A stretch of DNA of 64,000 nt from Strigamia acuminata. Taxonomy: Eukaryota. A program made the position numbers and the translations under genes. The stretch spans positions 11,284,001 through 11,348,000 of the forward strand of contig OX442314.1 of assembly GCA_949358305.1 (NCBI GenBank). Reading direction: 5' to 3'. Shown one piece after another: positions 21,605-31,433 of the stretch; positions within the stretch are counted from its first letter, which is position 1, and the number at the start of each line of letters is the position of its first letter. The notes under the pieces were generated by a model, which made no database searches, was not told the DNA's origin, and worked only from the letters and a program-made list of their open reading frames with translations.

Positions 21605-22001
21605 AGGTCCTCTATATCGTTTGGTTTTTAAAAAAAAATCCGTGGTTAGGTTGTTGAGATATTGGGGTTTTAAGTTGTGACACCAAATTGGGAAATTTAG
21701 TACAAGTTTTTGCTGCGCAATGTTTAAGTGTTCGCCACTTGAAAACTAAGAAGGATAGAGTGTTGTGCCTTACAGGGTTTGTAGAGGAGAAGGTCCTCTA
21801 TATCGTTTGGTTTTTGAAATAAAAAAATCCGTGATCAGGTTGTTGAGATATTGGGGTTTGAAGTTGTGGCACCAGATTTTTTTGTACCATATTCAAATGC
21901 TTGCTGCCCGAAAACTAAGAGGAGTAGAGACTTGTGCTTTTCACGGTTTGTTTAGGAAAAAGTCCTCTATCTTTTCATGTAAAAACCATTGAAATCCGTG
22001 G
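21605..22001. repeat. Degenerate ~170-186-bp tandem repeat in the array spacer
   Basis: AGGTCCTCTATATCGTTTGG... recurs at 21605 and 21791, partially at 21961. Confidence 0.65.
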
Positions 22002-22888
22002 TAAAAAAAAAAAATGGGATTTGTTCTATCTGTAGTTTGGACGAATGTGAATGTGGTTGTGGTGCCAACTTCAGCCAGTTCCAAGAAATGTGCTCACCGT
22101 TTTGCACGGTGGGCGATAAATCAAACACGTTTTTTTGGACTCGCAGTTCAGTTTCAAACATACCATAGGTTTTGTGCGTGGGAAATAAATTTTTATACGT
22201 TTTTCGGATCTCTATTTCAGATGAAATAGGTTTTGCACGTAGGCCATAAATTTGAATATTTGCACTTGGAAAGTGATTCGGTTTATCGCCCATGAACACG
22301 AGATGGGGGCGGATGGGCGACGGCCCCGGGTGCACCAAGCAATGGGATGCTGAAGGCGCCAATAATTATAAAATTTCTGTGATTCTTTCTTGCTCCCAAC
22401 GATTCTTCGGTAATGCGCTCATTCGAATACATCACACATTGGGGAAAAAAATGCCAACTTTACGGTAACATTAATACCAGCAGAATGAGTACAACAATGC
22501 GATTTTTATTCTTACGCATCCGTGCTCGTTTAAGAACAAACTTAGCAAATGAATTAAAGGTCCAAAACAACTCACATTTTTGTTCGGAAATTATCAACAA
22601 ATTGTGAAATATCATTAAATGAAAAATGAAAAATTGTGGAATTGGCTACCCCCTCATACAACCATTTTGTCCTTTTCGGATGGAATTTATTTTTTATTTA
22701 AATGCCACTGTTCAGGATGAACGTTAATTTTCTGCAACAATACAAGTATAATGGTCAAATCAATTTTTTTTTAAATTAATATCATCAATAAACTTGTACA
22801 AAATTACAATATTAATTATTATTGCAATTTGCAAACAAACAATAGTGTGTATTCGACGTCGGCATATTCAATAATTATATTCTGCTAG

Positions 22889-24349
22889 TTAATGATTGGC
22901 AAAGGCAAAAAGTTTAGATTCCAGCGCTTCGTAACATGATAAATCAGTTTGAAAAAGGCACACTTCAGTCGGTTGCTTGCCGCCTTCCGAATCATCTTCG
23001 TATTCATCATCAGTTAATCTTCTGATATAAGCAATCCCAAAATCATAAATATGTCGTTTAAAACGTCGCAAGATGCCATCTGTTGGGAAAATTTCACGCA
23101 GAAACTGATCCAACACGGCTCCTCCGTCATTGACAACCATTAACACGCACGTGCGTATTTTCGATAACATTAAATTGTACTTCTTCTTTTCACCCGCACT
23201 ATTCATCAGCATCTTAAGCAGATCAAGATCCTCAAAGTTCAACAGACTCATTATGGTATAATCGTCTTCGATTATGTTCTGTTTTAGTTTGCTGGAAGAA
23301 CAGCTCCACAATTTCTTAAAAAGTCTTTTTTTAAGAAAACCAACAAGACCACTCCGGCAAATACTTTGGAAATGAATAATATAATACATAAAGCATCTTT
23401 GATCATAACTATCAACCATACACAACAAAGTGGAATCCAAAAAGTCATGCCAATATCTGTTTGACTTCATTAGACTCTCTACCAGAACGGTAAAATTAGT
23501 GTTCATCGATTCGCAATTGCTGAATGTCGATTCCAGTTGCTTTTTCGTAAAATGATTTAATAGAAAGAACATGGTATCCGATGGGCCGTCATGCAGACAT
23601 TCCCAACAAAGATCTATGAATCGATTCCTCTCTTCCGCATCATCATTAGTATCCCATATGTACTGTAAAACTAAATCAAGATCATACTGCATCGCCAGTC
23701 TGACAATATCGGTCATATAGTAGTGTTGGCAATTGAATAATTCTCGGATTTCTATTGCGAATTCAAACTTCAGCCTGGTTTCATCGTCAAAAAGCAATTC
23801 GTCGTGGTAGTTGATTCCTTTTAAGACGAATGGCAACTTTTCCCACAAAATCTTCACATAATTTACTAAACAAAAATGACACGCAAGATTGTAAAGAGTC
23901 CCATTGGTCCTCAAGGCTTCGTTGCTTTCGTCGTTGTAGAGCAAAACAAACGTTTCTTTTTTGTCAATTGCTCCGTGACCCGTCCAAGCAATATCATTAA
24001 CAAAAGCGTACGAAGTGACATTCTCAGTAAAAGTGAATCTTTCGAGATATTGTATCCATTCGTGTATCTGAACACCAACTAGTGTAACGGCATTTTTTAA
24101 TCCGTCCTTCAGGGTTGGAGGTAGATACAGATTTGCTCCTTTCATCACTTCATCTTCAATTCGATGCCATTCCCTGGATTGCGTAGTTTTCTTTTTTCCA
24201 AAAATATTAGCTATTTTTAATTTAACTGCATCCTTTCGCCAAAACGAAATTGCGACAGCTAATAATGAGATTTTCTCCAAGCTGGGGCATGATTTTGCTT
24301 CCTTCAGATTTCTTTGAAGCTCAGCGTTTATTGTTTCGATTTTATCCAT
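22889..24349 (-). CDS. Array paralog 5 (486 aa)
   Basis: Intact ORF; closest overall to paralog 1. Confidence 0.85.
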   Translation of the reverse strand: MDKIETINAELQRNLKEAKSCPSLEKISLLAVAISFWRKDAVKLKIANIFGKKKTTQSREWHRIEDEVMKGANLYLPPTLKDGLKNAVTLVGVQIHEWIQYLERFTFTENVTSYAFVNDIAWTGHGAIDKKETFVLLYNDESNEALRTNGTLYNLACHFCLVNYVKILWEKLPFVLKGINYHDELLFDDETRLKFEFAIEIRELFNCQHYYMTDIVRLAMQYDLDLVLQYIWDTNDDAEERNRFIDLCWECLHDGPSDTMFFLLNHFTKKQLESTFSNCESMNTNFTVLVESLMKSNRYWHDFLDSTLLCMVDSYDQRCFMYYIIHFQSICRSGLVGFLKKRLFKKLWSCSSSKLKQNIIEDDYTIMSLLNFEDLDLLKMLMNSAGEKKKYNLMLSKIRTCVLMVVNDGGAVLDQFLREIFPTDGILRRFKRHIYDFGIAYIRRLTDDEYEDDSEGGKQPTEVCLFQTDLSCYEALESKLFAFANH

Positions 24350-25096
24350 TTCTGTGTAAAGAATTCAAATAGATAATTAAATATTGTTGAAAAACAACTG
24401 TAATAATATCTAAACTCACTGAATTACATATAGACTACGTACCAAAAGGTTATTAAAACTAAAAAATTTCGTATTGTCCAATAGAATTCTGCAGCAAGGT
24501 ACAACTTTTCTCTGAAAGAAAGAACTATAGGCATACGGTAATTTATAAATTCGAAGAACCGACGACTTACCACTTGTTCGCTTGGATCTCACTTGTCAGT
24601 CGATTTGCCGCCAACCCTCTGGTGGGCAGTGTTCGAAAGAAATAAAAAAGATTTTTACCGAAAGATGGTACTGAGTTCAACAACCAAAAGTAAAATTATT
24701 TTAAGCTTCTGCTTTCTTCGAGGCATTTACTTTTTTTTCTTTTTCGCTTTCTTTGAAAATATATATTTTCTAGGTTTGAGGTGTTTTCAGTAGATTTATC
24801 ACTCGAATAATCAGTTTTTTGAATGACGTCGCGCATTTGGTTTCATCATAATAGTACTATTATGGTTTCATCCACTTCTTATGCGTTATGTATTTCCCAC
24901 ACAATTCGCAATTGTCCAGGAATTGTGAAAACTTACAATAACTTTATTATTCCAGAATTAATAAATTTTATTACTAAAAACACACGCCTAATACATTCCA
25001 ATTTCCAATTCAATAAATTTCTACAAAATTCTTGAAAAAATTATATTAATGAAAATGGAAAAAAAAACATTTAACAATTTTAATAACTTCCGCTGA

Positions 25097-26560
25097 TTAA
25101 TGGTTGGCAAAATCAAAAAGTTTATTTTCTAGCGATTCGTAACAAGATAAATCAGTTTTAAAAATACACTCTTCAGTCGGTCGCTTGCCATCTTCCGAGT
25201 CATATTCGTATCCATCATCAGTTAATCCTCTGATGTAATCAATCCCAAAATCGTAAATCTCCCGCTTAATACGTTGCAACACGTCACCAGTTTGGAAAAT
25301 TTCACGCAAAAACTGATCCAACACGGCTCCTCCATCATTCACAACCATTAACACGCACGTCAAGCTTTTCGCCATTACTAATTTGTACTTCGTCGTTTCA
25401 TCCGCAGTATTCATCAGCATCTTAAGCAGATCAAGATCCTCAAAGTTCAACAGACTCATTACCGGTATGGAATGATTGTTATCGATTATGATTTGTTTTA
25501 GTTTGCTGGAAGAACGGCTCCACAATTTCTTGAAAAGTTTTTTTTTCAGAAAACCAGCAAGACCACTCCGACAAATCTGATTTAACTGACTAATATAATA
25601 TATTGAGCAGTTTTCATCCAAACTGTCAACCACATCGAGCAAAGTGGAATGCAAAAATTCATGCCAATATCTGTTTGACTTGAGCAGACTTTGTATCATG
25701 CTGCGGAAACGTGGGTTCAGCCACGTATATTTCAATGTAAATTTCAGTTGATGTTTCGGAAAATGATTTAATAGAAAGAACATGGTATCCGGTGAGCAGC
25801 GATTCACAACTTTCCAACAGTAAGCTGTAAATCGATTCCTCTCTCTCGCATCAGCCTTACTATCCCATATGTACTGTATAACTAAATCAAGCTCATAATC
25901 CATCGCCAGTCTGACAATATTGGTCATATTGTAGACTTGGCCGTTGAATAATTTTCGAATTTCTATTGCGAATTCAAACTTCAGCCTGGTTTCATCGTCA
26001 AAAAGCAATTCGTCGTCGTAGTTGATTCCTTTTAAGACGAATGGTAACTTTTCCCACAAAATCTTCACATAATTTACTAAACAAAAATGACACGCAAGAT
26101 TGTAAAGAGTCCCATTGGTCCTCAAGGCTTCGTTGCTTTCGTCGTTGTAAAGCAAAACAAATGTTTCTTTTTTGTCAATTGCTCCATGAACCGTCCAAGC
26201 AATGTCATTAACAAAAGCGTACGAAGTGACATTCTCAGTAAAAGTGTATTCTTCGAGATATTTGATCCATTCGTGTATCTGAACACCAACTAGTGCAACG
26301 GCATTTTTTAATCCGTCCTTCAGGGTTGCAGGTAGATACAGATTTGCTCCTTGCATCACTTCATCTTCTATTCGACGCCATTCCCTGGAATGCAGGGTTT
26401 TATTTTTACCAAAATAATTGGTAATTTTCAATTTAACCGCATCTTTTCGCCAAAATGAAATTGCGATTGTTAATAATGATAATTTCTCCAAGCTGGGGCA
26501 GGATTTGGCGTTTTTCAGATTTTCTTTAAGGCGAGCATATATTATTTCGATGGCGTCCAT
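25097..26560 (-). CDS. Array paralog 6 (~487 aa)
   Basis: Intact ORF; start MDAIEIIY after CAG|AAATG. Confidence 0.85.
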   Translation of the reverse strand: MDAIEIIYARLKENLKNAKSCPSLEKLSLLTIAISFWRKDAVKLKITNYFGKNKTLHSREWRRIEDEVMQGANLYLPATLKDGLKNAVALVGVQIHEWIKYLEEYTFTENVTSYAFVNDIAWTVHGAIDKKETFVLLYNDESNEALRTNGTLYNLACHFCLVNYVKILWEKLPFVLKGINYDDELLFDDETRLKFEFAIEIRKLFNGQVYNMTNIVRLAMDYELDLVIQYIWDSKADARERNRFTAYCWKVVNRCSPDTMFFLLNHFPKHQLKFTLKYTWLNPRFRSMIQSLLKSNRYWHEFLHSTLLDVVDSLDENCSIYYISQLNQICRSGLAGFLKKKLFKKLWSRSSSKLKQIIIDNNHSIPVMSLLNFEDLDLLKMLMNTADETTKYKLVMAKSLTCVLMVVNDGGAVLDQFLREIFQTGDVLQRIKREIYDFGIDYIRGLTDDGYEYDSEDGKRPTEECIFKTDLSCYESLENKLFDFANH

Positions 26561-27176
26561 TTCTGTGTGAAAAATAGATGGTTTAATACAATTGAACAAT
26601 AATTATGGTGTTATCGAAACTCAACTGAATTAAATATCGACTATCAACTCAAACTTGAAGATTATCACTGCGAAGGAATTTCGTAACTTAACTTCCAATA
26701 TAGTTCTACTACAAGGTTCAACTACCGGTAGTTCTCTGAAACAGAAAAAACGAATTTGCACATACGAGGAACGTACACTGGAAAATCACTTAAGTCAAAG
26801 GCAGTTTTTATTTTTCCACGGGTACTTACCACTTAGCTGGGATATCTAACTTGTAAGTATACTCGAGTTGCACTCAAAAAGGGACCTCACAATCTCTACT
26901 CCCATTGGTCGAGCTAGTTTACTACTAACTCCAGACTGTATACTACTACTAGGAGAAGTAGTTTTGTTTTTTATTTATTGTTGTGATTGTTATGACTAAT
27001 TTAATTTATGTTATTTTGATTTTATTTAATAACAAATGTTATTTCCATCATTAAAATGAAGTTTCACACATTAAAAAATGTCAAACTCATGTTTGTTGTG
27101 TTTATTGCTTACATCGTCTGGAAGTTTGAATTTTAGGCCTTTACCTACGCAATCGATTGCAATGTCTGTACTTTGT

Positions 27177-27295
27177 AATAGTCTGTGGCGCATTCGGAAC
27201 CCAAGGCGTGATCGACGAATCAACATCAAGCCCTAAACCTTTGCAGGATTCGCCATCGTCGTCCGAATATTCCTCTCTTGTTCAAACAAAATGTC
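27177..27295 (-). pseudogene. Degenerate duplicated CXXC1 3' coding fragment
   Basis: Aligns to ~31467-31603 and shares indels with the 19041 copy. Confidence 0.85.
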
Positions 27296-27605
27296 CTTGT
27301 TATAATACTATATTTGACTACCATAGACTTGCATTTTTCCCCTTCATTGGCTAAGGTACCGGTAATGACAATGTGACATTATTGCACCGTGCGTCATCAT
27401 TGTTTACGTTTAGTTTGTCATCAGTACACTACGGTACTGAAAAAGGGTTAGGTTGGTGCAACCATTTTTTCCTTACTTTTATATTAAATTATTTTTGATT
27501 TTAATGTTAATTTTAATAGTGAATGTTAATTTTCTGCAACAATTAATGGAAAAATCAAGTTTTTTATTATCATCAATAAATTTCCATAAAATTACTTGAA
27601 AGCAA

Positions 27606-27716
27606 ATAGTATTATGTTATATAGTATTATATAGTATTATGTTATATAGTATTATATAGTATTATGTTATATAGTATTATATAGTATTATGTTATATAGT
27701 ATTATATAGTATTATA
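27606..27716. repeat. 25-bp AT-rich tandem repeat (~4.5 copies) in the 3' UTR of paralog 7
   Basis: ATAGTATTATGTTATATAGTATTAT repeated. Confidence 0.85.
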
Positions 27717-27730
27717 TTAACTTAACATAT

Positions 27731-29179
27731 TTAATGATTGGAAAAAGCAAAAAGTTTATTTTCCAGCGATTCGAGAGACGATAAATTAGTTTGGAAAATA
27801 CATTCTTCCTTGACATAATCATCTTCATCTTCTGAATCATATTCGTATCCAACGTTAGTTAATCTTCTGATGTAACCTATCCCAAATTCACAAACATTTC
27901 GCTTAAAATCTCGTACAACTTCATCAGTTTGGAATATTTGGCGCAGGAATTGATCCAACACGGGTCCTCCACCATTAACAATCATTAACACGCACGTGGA
28001 TCTTTTTGACATCATCAATTCATATTTCATCTTTTCATTCCCAGTATTCAGCACCATCTTAAGAAGATCTTCGTAGTTCAACAGACTCATCATGTAACAG
28101 TCGCGTGGGAATATAAGCCGTTCTAGTTTGCTGGGAAAACGGTTCCACAATTTTCGGATCAGTCTTTTTGTTAAAAAACCAGCAAGGCCACCACGCCGAA
28201 TATCTTTTAATAAGTTGTCATAAAAGACATCAATCCCTTCAACAGAACTTACATCATAGAAATGAACCGTATCGATCAAAGTAGTATACAAAAAGTCATG
28301 CCAAAATCTCTTTTGCGTTAGCAGACAATTTTTTATGGTGATGATGATGAACCAAAATTTCAGTTGTTTTTTCGATACATGATTTAATAGAAAGTACATG
28401 TTATCCCATCGTTCGAACCATGTCTTTTGCAAACAAAAATCTATCATTAGATTCCTCTCATCCGCATTACTCCGAGTATCCCACACGTACTGTAAAACTA
28501 AATCAAAATCGCAAGTGGCCGCTAGCTTGAGAATTTCGTTTATATTGCAGTCTTGGCCATTGAATAATTTTCGAATTTTTATTGCGAGTTCAAACTTCTG
28601 CCTGGTTTCATCGGATGAATGTAACTCGTCGTCGTAGTTGGTTTCTTTTAAGGCCAGTGGTAACTTTTCCCACAAAATCTTGACATAATCTACTAAACAA
28701 AAATGACTAGCCAGATTGTAAAGAGTCCCATTGGTCCTCAAGGCTTCGTTGTTTTCGTCGTTGTAGAGTAAAACAAACGTTTCTTTTTTGTCAATTGCTC
28801 CATGAACCGTCCAAGCAATGTCATTAACAAAAGCGTACGAAGTGACATTCTCAGTAAAAGTGAATTTTTCGAGATATCTTATCCAGTAATGTATCTGAAT
28901 ACCAACGAGTGCAATTGCGCATTTTAGTTCGTCATTCAGCCCAACAAGAGGTAAGTTCAGGTTTGCTCCTTTCATCACTTCGTCTTCAATTTGATGCCAT
29001 TCCCTGGATTTTAGTATTTTCTTTTTTTCAAAGAAATTGGTTATTTTCAATTTAACCGCATCTTTTCGCCAAAATGAAATTGCCACAGCTAATAATGAGA
29101 TTTTCTCCAAGCTAGGGCACGATTTTGCATTTTGCAGATTTTCTTGAAGGCGGTCGTATATTATTTGGATTTTGTCCAT
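27731..29179 (-). CDS. Array paralog 7 (482 aa)
   Basis: Intact ORF; closest to paralog 4. Confidence 0.85.
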   Translation of the reverse strand: MDKIQIIYDRLQENLQNAKSCPSLEKISLLAVAISFWRKDAVKLKITNFFEKKKILKSREWHQIEDEVMKGANLNLPLVGLNDELKCAIALVGIQIHYWIRYLEKFTFTENVTSYAFVNDIAWTVHGAIDKKETFVLLYNDENNEALRTNGTLYNLASHFCLVDYVKILWEKLPLALKETNYDDELHSSDETRQKFELAIKIRKLFNGQDCNINEILKLAATCDFDLVLQYVWDTRSNADERNLMIDFCLQKTWFERWDNMYFLLNHVSKKQLKFWFIIITIKNCLLTQKRFWHDFLYTTLIDTVHFYDVSSVEGIDVFYDNLLKDIRRGGLAGFLTKRLIRKLWNRFPSKLERLIFPRDCYMMSLLNYEDLLKMVLNTGNEKMKYELMMSKRSTCVLMIVNGGGPVLDQFLRQIFQTDEVVRDFKRNVCEFGIGYIRRLTNVGYEYDSEDEDDYVKEECIFQTNLSSLESLENKLFAFSNH

Positions 29180-29862
29180 TTCTGTAAAAAAAATTAAAAA
29201 AATTAAAAAAATTATTACGTATGGTAATACAACTAGGGACTAAACCCTGACATCCTGGTCGCTCTTGATTGGTCCATATTATGGTTATCAGAAGCCATTT
29301 TGTATCCCTAATTCTATCCCACTTGTGATGCACTCACACCCACAAATCAACTATCAACACTTTCCACTGCGATTACCGGCGCCGTGAGCAGACCACAACA
29401 ACGTTAAAAATATGACGGAAAATAAAAGGGATTTCGACCGAAACAAATCCTTAATCTAAATCGAGGTGACATCGAAGAAAAACGTCAAGTTTTCATCGAT
29501 GGATCATGCGCAGAAAATTCTAAACGACCTGAACAATTCAAACAAGCTGGGATTTGTAATGCAGGGAAGCATTACATATTAGACTTCTAAACCCTGTCCT
29601 TTCCTTTTGTCCCTAAATAAAACACCGAAATAAAAGAAAATAAAGTAATTTAAAAAAAAAAAATTTTTTTGCCAATATAAAGCAACAAAAAACAAAATCC
29701 CACCAAAATTTGATATGATATGCTGCGGAATTGTTGCATCGGGTTTGCTACAATCGGGAAATAAATCGCGCGGAAAACGTATCGCAACGTATGGCTCACG
29801 GGATCCGCCAGGTGGCGCTAGTACAATGTTACAACTTCCGGTGCGCGGACGGAAGTAGTATT

Positions 29863-30089
29863 ATTTAGACGGCTAAAAGTGCACTAAAACCGGTTTATTA
29901 ATTCAACCGGAGGTCCGAGAAATCTGAAAATCCCTTACAATACTAATATAAGCATGCTGAATTTAATGCCGTTGTCCGTTTTGCTCTAGCTGCTATAGTT
30001 TTTGCGGAATCGTTGACGACGGACGGACGGACAGACAGACAGAACCGTTTCATGAGACTTTCTAAACATCAGGTTTAGACGTCTAAAAG
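29863..30089. mobile_element. Possible Helentron/DINE-1-like non-autonomous element nested in the TIR element
   Basis: GGAC/GACA microsatellite at ~30017-30043; TTTAGACG(G/T)CTAAAA at both ends. Confidence 0.4.
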
Positions 30090-30162
30090 ACAGATTGGGA
30101 CAAATTATACAAAAAAATCGCAACACGACATTTTGAAACACAACAATCAAAATATGATATTT

Positions 30163-30822
30163 TAATTGGAGCAGATGATTGAGTTAGTTCGGGGATTTCA
30201 CGCCAATCAATCATACAAGGGGATCATTAAACATGTAAACACTAAACAGTAATGTAAGAAAGGGATCGGGCAAATGTTGCGCGGCAGGTTTTGGAACCTT
30301 GAATGTTTTTGTTTCGGTGTGGGATTATGCATTATGTCATCGGGTGAGATTGTATGACCTATTAAGTAAGGAAGATTTTGAAGAAAGAAGGAATAAAGTA
30401 ATTTAGATAAAAAATACCTTGTTTTATTTTAAAAAAATAAAAATTAGTGAGGACTCGTTGGGGCTCGTTGGTTTCTGCGGATTTGCCAATTGTATTGTTT
30501 TGGTTGGTTTTTTTGTTCTTAAAAGGCGACTTGGTGGGTGCTGGGTGGTTAGTTTCCTGTTTTTGATTTTGTGATATCGCAAAATGTCGTATTTCCTGTT
30601 GGTTGAGGAAAGATTTAAAATAAAAGTTCAGGATTTGGATAATTTTTAATTTTTTAGATGTTTTTATTTGTGATGGAATTTGGTTTAAAATGTTGAATAT
30701 TGGATAAAAATAATGAATTTTGATTAAAGAATGATGAATTTTGGTTAGAAAATGATGAATTTTGGTTAGAAAATGATGAATTTTGGATTTGAAAATGATG
30801 AATTTTGGTTAGAAAATGATAA
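30163..30822 (+). repeat. ~650-bp segment nearly identical to 44740-45400 (beta-spectrin first coding intron)
   Basis: Both start TAATTGGAGCAGATGATTGAGTTAGTTCGGGG and end in the 21-bp AATGATGAATTTTGGTTAGAA repeat. Confidence 0.9.
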
Positions 30823-31433
30823 TTTTAAATATCCCTCCTTTTCCAAACGTCATAATATGGACCAATCAAGAGCCACCAGGATATCAAGGTTTAGTCGCTT
30901 GTGGTAAAATAATATCGAAACGCAACTGAATTAAATATCAAAGGAATTTCCTTTCGTCCAAAAGAATTCTGCTATGAAATGTAACTATTTAGAAAAACAC
31001 AAATAACTATAATTTACAGATACGAAGAACGTACGACGTACCACCATAGAGTAAAGAAAGTACTTTCTTTACTCACTTATTAGCTCGGACCTCCTTATGT
31101 CGCCGCCACGCCTCGGGTAAGCAGCAACCGAAGAAAATAAATATTTTGTTTACCGATAGATGGCGATGTGTTTCCGTTTTATTCGAGGCACTTTTTTTTT
31201 TTCTTTTTCGTTTTTTAAATATATACTTTCCGGTTTTTGCTATTGAGGTTTTTTCAGTGGATTTATTTACAGTCCTTAAGTTTCCAGTTCAGTCCAACAC
31301 ATCCCAGCACCGTTCTGAATTCGCATTCTCGCATTAAAACACAAAACACTTCAAGAAATAATAAATTTAATTTCTAAAAACGCAAACCTAATACATTACA
31401 ATTCCAAAAAAAAAAAACATAAATAATATCTTC

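Larger units (their letters stand above)
29230..30904. mobile_element. Composite non-autonomous TIR element in the 5'-UTR intron of paralog 7
   Basis: ~54-bp imperfect TIRs (...CTCTTGATTGGTCCATATTATG / CATAATATGGACCAATCAAGAG...), flanked by TA; absent at the equivalent site upstream of paralog 4 (~21015). Confidence 0.8.
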
